NCBI GenBank assembly: GCA_045592365.1
Contig: JAZNUQ010000073.1
Span: 18,912-82,911 of the forward strand
Reading direction: 5' to 3'
Length of the DNA stretch: 64,000 nucleotides
DNA from: Candidatus Limivicinus sp.
Lineage (GTDB): Bacteria > Bacillota > Clostridia > Oscillospirales > Oscillospiraceae
Made by a program: the position numbers and the translations under genes. The notes beneath the pieces were generated by a model, which ran no database searches, was not told the DNA's origin, and saw only the letters and a program-made list of their open reading frames with translations. Positions 1 through 9,978 of the stretch are shown one piece after another; the stretch's first letter is position 1, and each line of letters opens with the position of its first letter.

Positions 1-72
1 ATGTATTCCCCGGAGGCTGCCGCAGCAGTCCCCGGATGTATTGTAACACTCAAATGTTAATAAATATATATC

Positions 73-840
73 TCAGTCCACGGAAAACATTTCCCCCGCG
101 GCGCCATCGTACCATACACGGTTGAGATACAGTCCCTGAGGCGGCATTGTAGGGCCGGTAAGCCGCCGGTCGCCCTTTTCAAGGAGCATGGGTATCTCTT
201 CGGGTATGAGCTTGCCGTAGGAGGCATATACCATGGTACCTACCATGGCTCTGCACATATTGTAGAGAAAGCCGTTTGCACAGATGGACACTGTAATAAT
301 ATCCCCGTTTTTTTCGGCTTTACACCAATGCACGGTGCGCACGGTGGTTTTTGTCTGTGTTCCCTCGCTGCGCACGGCGCGAAAATCGTGAGTTCCCTCA
401 AAGGCCTTCGCCGCCGCCTGCATAAGCTCCATGTCCAGATGCTGGGGATAGAAGCACACCCGCTTTTCAAGGAAGGGATCACGGATATTGCTGTTTAATA
501 TCTTATAGATATATTCCTTTTTTATGCATGAGCTGATGGCGTTGAAGTCATCCTCCACCTCCACAGCGTCCACCACGGCAATGTCCCCGGGCAGGCGGCT
601 GTTCACCGCAAGGGGCAGCCTGTCTGTGGGGATGCGGCAGTCGGTGCGGAAGTTGGCGCAGTAGCGCAGGGCGTGAACTCCCGCGTCGGTGCGCCCGCAG
701 CCCACAGCCTTGACCGGGTGACCGCAGGTTTTCTCCAGCGCCTCCTGCAGAGTCTGACAAACGCTTATATCGTTTTTCTGTATCTGCCAGCCGTGGTAGC
801 GGCTGCCGTCATATTTAAGACGAAGGGCGATATTCCTCAT
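73..840 (-). CDS. truA: tRNA pseudouridine(38-40) synthase TruA
   Basis: ORF 73..855. N-terminus MRNIALRLKYDGSRYHGWQIQ and catalytic GRTDAGVHA motif. Start set at the internal ATG (840), which gives the canonical N-terminus. Confidence 0.9.
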   Translation of the reverse strand: MRNIALRLKYDGSRYHGWQIQKNDISVCQTLQEALEKTCGHPVKAVGCGRTDAGVHALRYCANFRTDCRIPTDRLPLAVNSRLPGDIAVVDAVEVEDDFNAISSCIKKEYIYKILNSNIRDPFLEKRVCFYPQHLDMELMQAAAKAFEGTHDFRAVRSEGTQTKTTVRTVHWCKAEKNGDIITVSICANGFLYNMCRAMVGTMVYASYGKLIPEEIPMLLEKGDRRLTGPTMPPQGLYLNRVWYDGAAGEMFSVD

Positions 841-844
841 TGAC

Positions 845-1642
845 TTAAATTCCAAATTTCTTCATAAAAATCAAAAGCGCAAGAACGCCGAAGCCCAGCA
901 GCAAGGCCACATAGTCTCTCAGCTTCATCTTAAGCTGCTTCATCCTTGTACGCCCCTTGCCGCCGTGATAGCAGCGGCTCTCCATGGCTACCGCCAGCTC
1001 ATCCGCCCTGCGGAAGGCCGACACGAAAAGCGGCACCAGTATGGGCAGCAGAGCCTTTGCACGCTCCAGAAGATTTCCCGTTTCAAAGTCTGCGCCTCTG
1101 GCCTTCTGAGCGGAGATTATCTTGTCGGTCTCCTCGATAAGGGTGGGAATAAAGCGCAGAGCCATACTCATCATTATTGTAAGCTCGTGAACAGGCAGCT
1201 TTATCACCTTCAGCGGGCTCAGCAGCTTCTCAAGCCCGTCGGTAAGGTCGATGGGGCTGGTGGTATAGGTCAGCAGGAAGGTGCCGGTTATAAGCAGCAT
1301 GATGCGCAGTATCATCTGGGCTGCCCGCTCAAGTCCCTCCCAGGTGATTATCCAGCCGGGTATAATGGGAGTACCCTGAGTGTAGAAGATATTCAGCACG
1401 CCCGTAAGCACGATGATGAAAACCATGGGCTTTAAGCCCTTGAAGATGTTCTTGAATTTAATGTGGGAAATTGCAAGGCACAGCGCGGTAAGCCCGAACA
1501 CCAGTGCGTAGGAAATCCAGCTTGCAGCCTGAAACAGCGCCGCAATATAGACCACCACAAGAATGAGCTTTGTGCGCGCGTCAAGGCGGTGAACCACGGT
1601 GTCACCGGGAAAATACTGTCCCAGAGTAATGTCCTTAAGCAT
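845..1642 (-). CDS. ecfT: energy-coupling factor (ECF) transporter transmembrane component EcfT
   Basis: 265 aa polytopic membrane ORF directly downstream of two ECF-type ATPases and upstream of truA, the conserved Firmicutes ecfA1-ecfA2-ecfT-truA order. Confidence 0.85.
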   Translation of the reverse strand: MLKDITLGQYFPGDTVVHRLDARTKLILVVVYIAALFQAASWISYALVFGLTALCLAISHIKFKNIFKGLKPMVFIIVLTGVLNIFYTQGTPIIPGWIITWEGLERAAQMILRIMLLITGTFLLTYTTSPIDLTDGLEKLLSPLKVIKLPVHELTIMMSMALRFIPTLIEETDKIISAQKARGADFETGNLLERAKALLPILVPLFVSAFRRADELAVAMESRCYHGGKGRTRMKQLKMKLRDYVALLLGFGVLALLIFMKKFGI

Positions 1643-2496
1643 CAGCCCACCCCCCTTGCTTTGAGCACAGCTTCCTTAAGCTGCTCATGGGTATAGATGG
1701 AGCCCTCCAGCGCCATGCCCTGTCGGCGAAGCTCCATGGCAAGAGCGGTGGCTCTGGGAACTGCCAGAGAGTGCTCCACCAGCTTTTCAGGCTGGGCAAA
1801 AACCTCCTCAGGCGTTCCGTCCATAAGCACGCCGCCGTCGCTGAAAACGATGAGCCTTTCGGCAATGCAGGCCATATCGTCCATATTATGGCTGACGATA
1901 ATAACGGTGGAGCCGGTCTTTTCCCTGTATGCGCATATATTCTCAAGTATCTGGCGGCAGCCTGCCGGGTCAAGTCCCGCAGTGGGCTCGTCCAGAATAA
2001 GCACCCTGGGGCGCATGGCTATAACGCCTGCAATGGCGATGCGCCGCTTCTGACCGCCGGAAAGCTCCAGCGGTGAGCGCTCAAAAAGCTCCTCCTCAAC
2101 ACCGGCAAAGGCCGCGGCCTCACGGACACGCTGATCGATCTCCTCTGCGCTCAGCTTCATATTGGTGGGGCCGAAGGCAATATCCCTGTACACAGTCTCC
2201 TCAAAGAGCTGATACTCCGGGTACTGGAACACAAGGCCCACCTTCCACTTAACATCGCGGCGGGAGTGCTTGTCCCTGTTTATATCCTCACCGCAGCAGA
2301 GCACACGGCCACTGCTGGGGCTCAGCAGGGCGTTAAGGTGCTGGATAAAGGTGGACTTGCCGGAGCCGGTGTGACCGATGATGCCGCAAAGCTGCCCCTC
2401 CGGGATGGAAAGGCTTATATTGTCTATGGCTGTTTTCTCAAAGGGAGTGCCTGCGCTGTAAACATGGCGTAGGTTTTCCACTGTTATCACTGACAT
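1642..2496 (-). CDS. ecfA2: ECF transporter ATP-binding protein EcfA2
   Basis: Walker A GHTGSGKST, ABC signature LSGGQKRR, Walker B LILDEPTAGLD. 1-nt overlap with ecfT. Confidence 0.9.
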   Translation of the reverse strand: MSVITVENLRHVYSAGTPFEKTAIDNISLSIPEGQLCGIIGHTGSGKSTFIQHLNALLSPSSGRVLCCGEDINRDKHSRRDVKWKVGLVFQYPEYQLFEETVYRDIAFGPTNMKLSAEEIDQRVREAAAFAGVEEELFERSPLELSGGQKRRIAIAGVIAMRPRVLILDEPTAGLDPAGCRQILENICAYREKTGSTVIIVSHNMDDMACIAERLIVFSDGGVLMDGTPEEVFAQPEKLVEHSLAVPRATALAMELRRQGMALEGSIYTHEQLKEAVLKARGVG

Positions 2497-2515
2497 TATT
2501 TCTCTCCGAAACTGA

Positions 2516-3352
2516 TTATTTGCCCTGTCTTTGAGCTATCTGGGCAGCGCAGCTTTCAATGCTGAGGGTGCTCATGTCAAGCCCCCAGCCCTCTTTGTTG
2601 AGCTCATGGATAAGTCTGGTAGTCTCAGGCACGCTGAGCCCCTCGCTCTCCATCATTTCCACCTGTGCGAAAATGTCCGCAGGCCGGCCGTCAGCTCTGA
2701 CGCTGCCGTTTGACATGACTATGAGCCTGTCCGCATGGACGCATTCCTCCATGTGGTGAGTGATGAGCACCACGGTCATGCCCTGTTCCCGGCAGAGCCT
2801 TATAACGGTGGACACCACCTCCTGCCGCCCCTGAGGGTCAAGCATGGCGGTAGGCTCGTCCAGAACGATGATGCGCGGCTGCATGGCAAGCACGCCCGCT
2901 ATGGCAATGCGCTGCTTCTGCCCGCCGGAGAGCAGATGGGGCGCATGCCGCCTCAGCTCATACATATCCACCAGCTTAAGAGCCTCATCCACACGGCGGC
3001 GTATCTCATCCGGCTCAACACCCAGATTTTCCGGCGCGAAGGCCACATCGTCCTCCACCACATTGGCTACTATCTGATTGTCCGGGTTTTGAAACACCAT
3101 GCCCACATTGCGTCGAAGCTCGATAAGCGTATCCTCGTTGGCGGTGTCGATGCCCGCCACGGTAACAGAGCCCTCATCCGGCACAAGAATGGCGTTTATG
3201 TGCTTTGCGAGGGTGGACTTGCCGGAGCCGTTATGCCCCAGCACCGCCACAAAGCTGCCCTCTTCTATCTGAAGACTTACTCCGCAGAGACTTTCCATAT
3301 CGTCTCCGGGATAAGTAAAATGTACATTTTCAAAACTGATTATGGAACTCAA
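2516..3352 (-). CDS. ecfA1: ECF transporter ATP-binding protein EcfA1
   Basis: Walker A GHNGSGKST, signature LSGGQKQR, Walker B IVLDEPTAMLD. First gene of the ecf module. Confidence 0.9.
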   Translation of the reverse strand: MSSIISFENVHFTYPGDDMESLCGVSLQIEEGSFVAVLGHNGSGKSTLAKHINAILVPDEGSVTVAGIDTANEDTLIELRRNVGMVFQNPDNQIVANVVEDDVAFAPENLGVEPDEIRRRVDEALKLVDMYELRRHAPHLLSGGQKQRIAIAGVLAMQPRIIVLDEPTAMLDPQGRQEVVSTVIRLCREQGMTVVLITHHMEECVHADRLIVMSNGSVRADGRPADIFAQVEMMESEGLSVPETTRLIHELNKEGWGLDMSTLSIESCAAQIAQRQGK

Positions 3353-3392
3353 AATTCTTTTTCCTTTCGGTATATTGCGTTTCTACGCGCCT

Positions 3393-3539
3393 GTCATTGC
3401 GAAGGAGCGAAGCGACTGCGGCAATCCGTCTCCCCCAAATCAAAGCCCGGCGCAGCGGGTTTGATTTGGAGAGGAATTTCAATGTCATCGGTCGGTGTGC
3501 CGCCGCCTTGCGGCTGCACATGACCTCATGGCATTGAAA
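3393..3539. repeat. GC-rich modular hairpin element (GTCATTGCGA box plus two further hairpins)
   Basis: GTCATTGCGAAGGAGCGAAGCGACTGCGGCAATCCGTCTCCCCC (3393-3436). CAAATCAAAgCCCG-n-CGGGTTTGATTTG (about 3437-3469). A long imperfect hairpin runs from ATTTCAATG to CATTGAAAT (3477-3539). Confidence 0.7.
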
Positions 3540-3547
3540 TGACGAGG

Positions 3548-4411
3548 CTATCTGCTTTCCCAGCGACATGTGGCGCCGCAGGGCAGCACCAGACCGCTGT
3601 CGGTAACGGGCAGTCCCAGCTCCTGAGCGTCGGAGCGCCCGCCGAATTTCTTTGTGAATATGCTCTCGGTAACATAGCTGAGCACCGAGGCGGAAAGGCC
3701 GGTGGTATAGGAATTTATGATTACAAACAGAGGGTCATCACTGAGGACGCCGGCGCACAGTGACACAAAGGGCCACAAATTCTGCTCCAGCTTCCAGACC
3801 TCACCGCCGGGGCCTCTGCCGTAGGAGGGCGGGTCCATAATAATGGCGTCATACTTTCTGCCGCGGCGTATCTCCCGCTCCACAAACTTGGCACAGTCGT
3901 CCACTATCCAGCGGATAGGTGCTTCCGAAAGGCCGGAGGAAGCGGCATTTTCCTTGCCCCAGGCGACCATGCCCTTGGCAGCGTCCACATGGCAGACGGT
4001 GGCGCCCGCCTTGGCACAGGCGACGGTGGCGCCGCCGGTGTAGGCAAAAAGGTTCAGCACGCTTATGGGTCTGCCGGCAGCGCGTATCTTGGCCATTGCC
4101 CAGTCCCAGTTTGCGGCCTGCTCGGGGAAAATACCGGTATGCTTGAAGTTCATGGGCTTTACATTGAAGGTGAGCTCACCGTAATGCAGCTTCCAGTCAG
4201 CAGGCAGGGAGCCCTTGTCCCAGCTTCCGCCGCCGGTTTCGCTGCGGTGGTAGCGGGCGTCCCTGTCGTTCCAGTGGGGGTTGCGGCGTGGAGTTTCCCA
4301 TATCGCCTGAGGGTCGGGACGCACAAGATAGTACTTGCCCCAGCGCTCCAGCTTTTCACCCTTTGAGCAGTCAAGCAGCTCAAAATCCTTCCATTTATCC
4401 GCAATATACAT
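3548..4411 (-). CDS. class I SAM-dependent methyltransferase (RlmI/YwbD-like catalytic domain)
   Basis: 287 aa. Glycine-rich SAM-binding segment VLNLFAYTGGATVA followed by DPPSYGRG, typical of this rRNA-methyltransferase-like family. Confidence 0.7.
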   Translation of the reverse strand: MYIADKWKDFELLDCSKGEKLERWGKYYLVRPDPQAIWETPRRNPHWNDRDARYHRSETGGGSWDKGSLPADWKLHYGELTFNVKPMNFKHTGIFPEQAANWDWAMAKIRAAGRPISVLNLFAYTGGATVACAKAGATVCHVDAAKGMVAWGKENAASSGLSEAPIRWIVDDCAKFVEREIRRGRKYDAIIMDPPSYGRGPGGEVWKLEQNLWPFVSLCAGVLSDDPLFVIINSYTTGLSASVLSYVTESIFTKKFGGRSDAQELGLPVTDSGLVLPCGATCRWESR

Positions 4412-4473
4412 AAGATACCTCGTATGCCATAGTAATTCAGATTATTTTATCATTAATTAGCACCCGGGTCAAC

Positions 4474-4512
4474 AAAAACCCTGACAGATTTCACAAAATC
4501 CGTCAGGGTTTT
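4474..4512 (-). terminator. intrinsic terminator after the binding-protein gene
   Basis: ACCCTGAC-n16-GTCAGGGT, followed on the minus strand by TTTTTG. Confidence 0.6.
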
Positions 4513-4525
4513 CTATTAAAAATTA

Positions 4526-5326
4526 TTAATGGCAGTTGTAATAGTAAAGCGCCGTGCTGTCAGTCAGAACCGCGTCGCATCTGCCGGAGTACAAATACTC
4601 AAAGCACTCGGTGGTGCCGCCGGCAAGTCGGGTTATCTGCCCCAGACGCTTATGGAGCTTACCGTCGGACATGAGAGCCTCCATTGCCTCGTCGGTGGAG
4701 CACATTGCCATGTTCCTGCCGCTGAGCTTCAGGGAATTCCACACGCTTGAGCCCTCCCGGGAGGCCACCACAATGTCGTTTTTCACATAGGGGCCGTACT
4801 GTGCATACTTGCCTGCGTCTATTTCCTCCTGATTGAGGGCTATACCGCCCCATGCACAGTCGATATTGCCGGAGGAAAGCTCAACATAGACATCCTCCTT
4901 CTCTATCTGCTGTATCTTCAGCGTCCAGCCCAGGCGCTCGCACATTGCGGTTGCAAGCTCCACATCGTAGCCCCAGTAGTCACCGTTGGCAATATATGCC
5001 ATGGGGAAGGAGTTAATATCCACACCGATTATAAACACTCTGGGCTCAGGCATTCCCTTCGTTGCAAGAGCCTCCGGGTTCTTATCAAAGTTCACTATCC
5101 TGTCACCGAACCATTTGGCTGTAAGTGCGTCTATGGTGCCTTCCGCCGCCATGGTTTCAAGGGCAGCCTTCACATAATCATATGTACTGTCCCCGTTTCT
5201 GAAAGCAAGGGAATACTCCTGCTCCACAAGGGTCATTACAGTTTTAACGCCGTATGAGCTGCTGCCGCAGGCGCACATGCTCAAAGCCATGCACAGCACC
5301 AGCAGCAGGGCGACGATCTTTTTCAT
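4526..5326 (-). CDS. ABC transporter substrate-binding lipoprotein (amino-acid, family 3)
   Basis: Lipoprotein signal MKKIVALLLVLCMALSMCACGSS with lipobox Cys, plus a periplasmic-binding-protein type 3 body. Start moved to ATG 5326, which is preceded by AAGGTGGG. Confidence 0.75.
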   Translation of the reverse strand: MKKIVALLLVLCMALSMCACGSSSYGVKTVMTLVEQEYSLAFRNGDSTYDYVKAALETMAAEGTIDALTAKWFGDRIVNFDKNPEALATKGMPEPRVFIIGVDINSFPMAYIANGDYWGYDVELATAMCERLGWTLKIQQIEKEDVYVELSSGNIDCAWGGIALNQEEIDAGKYAQYGPYVKNDIVVASREGSSVWNSLKLSGRNMAMCSTDEAMEALMSDGKLHKRLGQITRLAGGTTECFEYLYSGRCDAVLTDSTALYYYNCH

Positions 5327-5404
5327 CCAATCCCACCTTTGCCGCACAATAATACAGTAATACGCGGCACAATTCAAGCTGTTTTTATTATTAATCCGTT
5401 AATT

Positions 5405-6469
5405 TTATTTTCTGCGCCGTGAAGCGCTGCGGCGTCTTGATTTTGCGCCGATATTCTCCACCGTCTGCATTATGCCCAGCACCAGCGCACCCAGCACACA
5501 GGGCAGGCTTATGTATGCCGCCAGCTTTGCAAGACTGTCGTAAACACCGCCCTCCTCAGGCTTTTCCACCACAGGCTCCGCAGCAGGCATCACCTCCGGG
5601 GTCGGAAGCGCCTCGGGAGTTGGTGTAGGCTGGGGCTGCGCCTCCTGAGCCGCTATAAGCGCCTCAAGGCGCTTGTCCAGCTCAAGTGTGTAGTTTACCA
5701 GCATCTCTGCCGCGTCACCCATCAGAGCATCCTCATAGTGCAGATACTCGGTCATAACCGTCACCACTATGGGGTTTGGAGTGTAGATTATGCCGCCTAT
5801 ATGGTAAAACTCCTCAAGAGCGCCATATTTCTGGGCTATCTCGTACTCATCGTTCAGATTGCGGCGCAGGTACTGGCCGGGGCTTGCCCGCAGCAGCTTT
5901 TCATGCACACCGGGGTAATCCTCAGGGCTTCGGCGCAGCGTGTCAAAAACATCCAGCACATAGACGGGGTTAACATAGCCGTAGTCCATAAAGTCCGGGT
6001 CGTATTCCTCCGCTTTCATGGAGGAGTACTTCATGCTGTCCGCTCTCCAGACGGCATCTCCACCCAGATAATTGCGCATCACATGAGCCCATTCGTTATT
6101 GGAGTGGACGAGGATAAGCTCCTCGGCCTCCTCCAGCTTCATGCCCTTTATCTCGGTTTCCTTTGTTATCTCGCCGCTTTTGACCTTTTCGGCCATAAGC
6201 ATCATAAGAGGCACCTTGTACATGCTGCCTGCGTAGTACCATTCGTCCCGGTTATAATACCAGCGTTCACCGGTGGCGGTGTAGCAGTAGCCTATGCTGA
6301 TATTGCCGCCGTCTATTTCATGCTCGGCGATAAAATCCTCCATCAGCGCATCAAGCTCCGCCGGGTCAATAACGGAAAGCTCCTCCGTATCCGCATAGGC
6401 GGTGCAGCTCGGGCAAAGCACAGCCGCACAGAGCAGCAGGCACAGCAGCCCTTTATATATTCTTTTCAC
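5405..6469 (-). CDS. secreted serine hydrolase, class A beta-lactamase-related, with C-terminal membrane anchor
   Basis: Signal peptide, S-x-x-K (SMYK), SNN and KYG motifs, a Pro-rich linker (QPQPTPTPEALPTPE), then a C-terminal TM helix and an RRRSASRRRK tail. Confidence 0.7.
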   Translation of the reverse strand: MKRIYKGLLCLLLCAAVLCPSCTAYADTEELSVIDPAELDALMEDFIAEHEIDGGNISIGYCYTATGERWYYNRDEWYYAGSMYKVPLMMLMAEKVKSGEITKETEIKGMKLEEAEELILVHSNNEWAHVMRNYLGGDAVWRADSMKYSSMKAEEYDPDFMDYGYVNPVYVLDVFDTLRRSPEDYPGVHEKLLRASPGQYLRRNLNDEYEIAQKYGALEEFYHIGGIIYTPNPIVVTVMTEYLHYEDALMGDAAEMLVNYTLELDKRLEALIAAQEAQPQPTPTPEALPTPEVMPAAEPVVEKPEEGGVYDSLAKLAAYISLPCVLGALVLGIMQTVENIGAKSRRRSASRRRK

Positions 6470-7761
6470 AGGCTCAGCCCCTCTCCGCTGCGGCGAAAGC
6501 TCCTGGAATAAAAAAGCTCCGCAGCCCTGATAAGATATGCGGTATCCTCCGCACCGGCAGTTTCCAGGGCAGAATGCATTGCAAGCTGAGGAAGTCCGAT
6601 GTCAACACAGTCAATGGACACATGGGAGGAGCTTATATTGCCCAGAGTGGAGCCGCCGGGCAGATCGCCGCGGTTGGAATAGCGCTGCACCGGCACCCCC
6701 GCCTCCCTGCATATCTCTGCAAACACCGCCGTTGACACGGCGTCCGATGTATAGCGCTGGTTTGCGTTAAACTTGATGACCACGCCGCCGTTGAGCACCG
6801 GCCTGTCATTACGGTCGGAATACTCAGGGTGATTGGGATGCACCGCATGTGCATTGTCCGCCGAGACCATGAAGCTGTTGGCAAGGGCCGTGTGCAGGCT
6901 TCTGCCAAAGCAGGCGCAGAGCCTCTCCAGAACATGGGAAAGGAAGCCTGAATCTGCCCCCTGCTTTGTACCGCTGCCTACCTCCTCATTATCAAACACG
7001 CTGAGCACAGACACGCTGCCGCCGGGTGCGGAATTCAAAAAGCCCTTCATGCAGGCAAAGACGCACTGCAGATCGTCAAGTCTGGGAGAGGATATAAATT
7101 CATCCTCCGCGCCCCACATAAAGCCGGGGGCTCTGGGATAAAGGAAAAGGTCCTTTGATATAATGTCCTCCTCCTTAACACCGGCGGCCTCTGCTATTAT
7201 CCCGTCAAGGCTCAGCTCTGACGAGGCGCTTGAAATAAGGGGCAGCATATCAACATTGGGATTAAAGCTCTTTCCGTCGTTTACGCTTCTGTCCATGTGA
7301 ATGGCCACATTGGGTATCATAAGCAGGTCCCTATCGATGTTCACCAGCTTGCTTGCAATGCCCTTTTCGCTCCTTATGGCAATTCTGCCGGCAAGGGACA
7401 GGGGCCTGTCCATCCATGAGGAGAATATCATGCCGCCGTAGCGCTCCACATTAAGCTGGGTATAAAGACCGGCTGCCTTAACGGACGCATTGTCCTTAAC
7501 GCGGAAGGAAGGTGCGTCACTGTGAGCTGCCATTATCATAAAGCCTGCGAAATCGGCTCCGGGAATGCTGAAAGCGATGATGGAGGAGGCGTTTCGGCGG
7601 ACAAAGTAGCTGCCCGGCGCGGAAAGCTCCCAGTCCTGCCACTCGTAAAGCTCGGTAAAGCCCTTGCTTACAAGCTCACCGGCTATATTTTCCACCGCGT
7701 GAAAGGCAGTGGGGCTTGCATTTATAAAATCAAAAAGCTCTTTGTTTATCTGCTTGTTCAT
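6466..7761 (-). CDS. M18 family aminopeptidase
   Basis: 431 aa. N-terminus ELFDFINASPTAFHAV and overall M18 (aspartyl aminopeptidase-like) architecture. 4-nt overlap with the downstream hydrolase gene. Confidence 0.85.
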   Translation of the reverse strand: MNKQINKELFDFINASPTAFHAVENIAGELVSKGFTELYEWQDWELSAPGSYFVRRNASSIIAFSIPGADFAGFMIMAAHSDAPSFRVKDNASVKAAGLYTQLNVERYGGMIFSSWMDRPLSLAGRIAIRSEKGIASKLVNIDRDLLMIPNVAIHMDRSVNDGKSFNPNVDMLPLISSASSELSLDGIIAEAAGVKEEDIISKDLFLYPRAPGFMWGAEDEFISSPRLDDLQCVFACMKGFLNSAPGGSVSVLSVFDNEEVGSGTKQGADSGFLSHVLERLCACFGRSLHTALANSFMVSADNAHAVHPNHPEYSDRNDRPVLNGGVVIKFNANQRYTSDAVSTAVFAEICREAGVPVQRYSNRGDLPGGSTLGNISSSHVSIDCVDIGLPQLAMHSALETAGAEDTAYLIRAAELFYSRSFRRSGEGLSL

Positions 7762-7831
7762 TGCGTATCTCCCTGTAACAGTCTAACTTTTATTGTATCA
7801 CATATTTCAGCGTTTGAACATAGATAAATAT

Positions 7832-7868
7832 AAAAAAGCTCTCCCTTCCGGCCGAGGGAAGGGAGAGC
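7832..7868 (-). terminator. intrinsic terminator after ygjV-like gene
   Basis: GCTCTCCCTTC-n9-GAAGGGAGAGC, followed on the minus strand by TTTTTT. Confidence 0.8.
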
Positions 7869-7887
7869 CTTAGTCCGAAGTCTGGGC

Positions 7888-8388
7888 TTATTTCTTTTTT
7901 GGCTTAAGCACCGCGATCAGGGTGGTAATGAAAATTATAAGGTTTGATACCACACCCACGGCATTGTAAATTGCAAAGTTAAAGCAGAAAAACATTGCCG
8001 CGCAGAAAAGGAAGGATATTTTCAGCGCCCGCTCATTATCCTTGAAGCGAAAAACGGCAATAGTGTACTGGAAATTTGCTATCACCGGCAGCAGCCCCAT
8101 GAAGCCGAGATTATTGAAGGCCACACCCAGCACCACACCCAGAGCCACAAACAGCCACTCCAGCGCCTTGCTTTTTTTGCCGCTCATGGCAAAAATATTT
8201 CGAAGCAGGCTCACGAAATTCTGCACCGCGCCGCTGTATCCGCCAAGTATAGCCGTACCCACGCCGTATATCACCTGGCTTATGCTCTGAAACAGCAATA
8301 CATCCTTCGTGCTTTTGCGGGTGGAGCTTACCGAGTCCGTTATCATTGCAAGCAGGCTGCAAACATTGCCTGTAATTATATTTAACAT
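7888..8388 (-). CDS. YgjV family inner membrane protein
   Basis: 166 aa, 5 predicted TM segments. N-terminal GNVCSLLAMITDSVS...LLFQSISQVIY pattern typical of YgjV-family proteins. Confidence 0.65.
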   Translation of the reverse strand: MLNIITGNVCSLLAMITDSVSSTRKSTKDVLLFQSISQVIYGVGTAILGGYSGAVQNFVSLLRNIFAMSGKKSKALEWLFVALGVVLGVAFNNLGFMGLLPVIANFQYTIAVFRFKDNERALKISFLFCAAMFFCFNFAIYNAVGVVSNLIIFITTLIAVLKPKKK

Positions 8389-8522
8389 AGCTATCCCCTT
8401 TCAGACTAATACAATATACACCATGAGGCAAGGCTGCGCAAGTGTGAGCGCAATTTATTATTTACTTCTGTTTTTTGAAGTGGTAATATAGATATGTTTT
8501 AGTCCAATAAAGGAGCACAGCC

Positions 8523-9938
8523 ATGAGAAAAACCAAGATTATCTGCACCATCGGTCCGGCCAGCGAAAGCCCCGCCGTTTTCAGACAGATGTGCCTTGAG
8601 GGCATGAATGTGGCAAGACTGAATTTCTCCCACGGCACCCATGAACAGCACAAGGAAAAAATCGACATGATAAAGGCCGTTCGGCAGGAGCTCAATCTGC
8701 CCATCGCCATCATGCTTGACACCAAAGGGCCGGAATACCGTATAGGCACCTTTGCCGAGGGCAGGATAAGCCTTGAGGACGGGGCGGAATTTACCTTCAC
8801 CACCAGAGATGTTCCGGGTGATGAGAGCATAGTGTCGGTAAGCTACAAGGGGCTTTGTGAGGATCTCTGTCCCGGAGATACGGTGCTTGTCAATAACGGC
8901 CTTGTTATCTTCCGGGTTGAAAGTATAGACGGCTGCGACATTCACTGCCGCGTTGTCACCGGCGGTGTTCTCAGTGACCGCAAGAGCATGAGCTTCCCCG
9001 GCAAGGTGATGCGTCAGAAATATCTCAGCGAGCAGGATAAGGCCGACCTTCTTTTCGGCATTGAAAACGATGTGGACTTTGTCGCCGCCTCCTTCGTCTC
9101 CGGCAAGCAGGACCTGCTTGATTTGAGGGGCTTTCTCAATGCAAACGGCGGCGAGGAGATAGAGATAATCGCCAAGATAGAAAACCAGTCCGGTGTTGAC
9201 AACATAGACGAGATATGCACCGTCTGCGAGGGCGTTATGGTTGCCCGCGGCGACCTGGGCGTTGAGGTTCCCTTTACGGAGCTGCCCGCGATCCAGAAAT
9301 ATCTGATCGATAAATGCCGCATGCTGGGTAAGCGTGTAATAACCGCCACCGAAATGCTTGAAAGCATGATAAACAATCCCCGCCCCACCAGAGCAGAGAT
9401 AAGCGATGTGGCAAACGCGGTTTACGACGGCACCAGCGCCATCATGCTCTCCGGCGAGTCTGCCGCAGGCAAATACCCGGTGGAGGCTGTGCGCGTTATG
9501 AGCCGCATCGCCGAGGAAACCGAGCGCCACATCGACTATACCCGTCATTTTCAGACCCGCACCTTTGAGATAGACAATCGGGTGGACGCCATCTCCCACG
9601 CAGCCTGCACCATGGCTATTGACCTTAAGGCCAAGGCGCTTATAGTTACCTCTCTCAGCGGCCTTACCGTTCGTATGGTCTCCCGCTTCAGAATACCCAT
9701 CACCATTTTGGGCCTTGCCACCGGCAAAAAGGTATGGTATAAGCTGGCACTCTCCTGGGGTGTGCTGCCGCTGCTGACGGAGCAGTTCCCCAACATGGAG
9801 GTGCTCACCTTCTACGCTGTACGCCTTGCCAAAACAGAGCTTTGCCTCAAGAATGGCGACACCGTGGTTATTACCGGTGGCAACACCAGCGGCGCCAGCG
9901 GCAACACCAATGTGCTGAGAATTGAAACAATTTCATAA
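8523..9938 (+). CDS. pyk: pyruvate kinase
   Basis: MRKTKIICTIGPAS, NVARLNFSHG and MVARGDLGVE motifs. RBS AAAGGAG lies upstream. Confidence 0.95.
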   Translation: MRKTKIICTIGPASESPAVFRQMCLEGMNVARLNFSHGTHEQHKEKIDMIKAVRQELNLPIAIMLDTKGPEYRIGTFAEGRISLEDGAEFTFTTRDVPGDESIVSVSYKGLCEDLCPGDTVLVNNGLVIFRVESIDGCDIHCRVVTGGVLSDRKSMSFPGKVMRQKYLSEQDKADLLFGIENDVDFVAASFVSGKQDLLDLRGFLNANGGEEIEIIAKIENQSGVDNIDEICTVCEGVMVARGDLGVEVPFTELPAIQKYLIDKCRMLGKRVITATEMLESMINNPRPTRAEISDVANAVYDGTSAIMLSGESAAGKYPVEAVRVMSRIAEETERHIDYTRHFQTRTFEIDNRVDAISHAACTMAIDLKAKALIVTSLSGLTVRMVSRFRIPITILGLATGKKVWYKLALSWGVLPLLTEQFPNMEVLTFYAVRLAKTELCLKNGDTVVITGGNTSGASGNTNVLRIETIS

Positions 9939-9943
9939 ACACA

Positions 9944-9975
9944 AAAAAGGAACAGACAGGGTCTGTTCCTTTTTC
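9944..9975. terminator. bidirectional terminator between pyk and the ABC-2 permease gene
   Basis: AAAAAGGAACAGAC-agg-GTCTGTTCCTTTTT. Confidence 0.85.
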
Positions 9976-9978
9976 ATA

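Noticed and set aside
8499-9599. 366-aa ORF antisense to pyruvate kinase
   Set aside because: It lies entirely inside and opposite the unmistakable pyk gene. The composition is Gly/Ala/His-rich, typical of antisense frames in GC-rich DNA, and it has no motifs.
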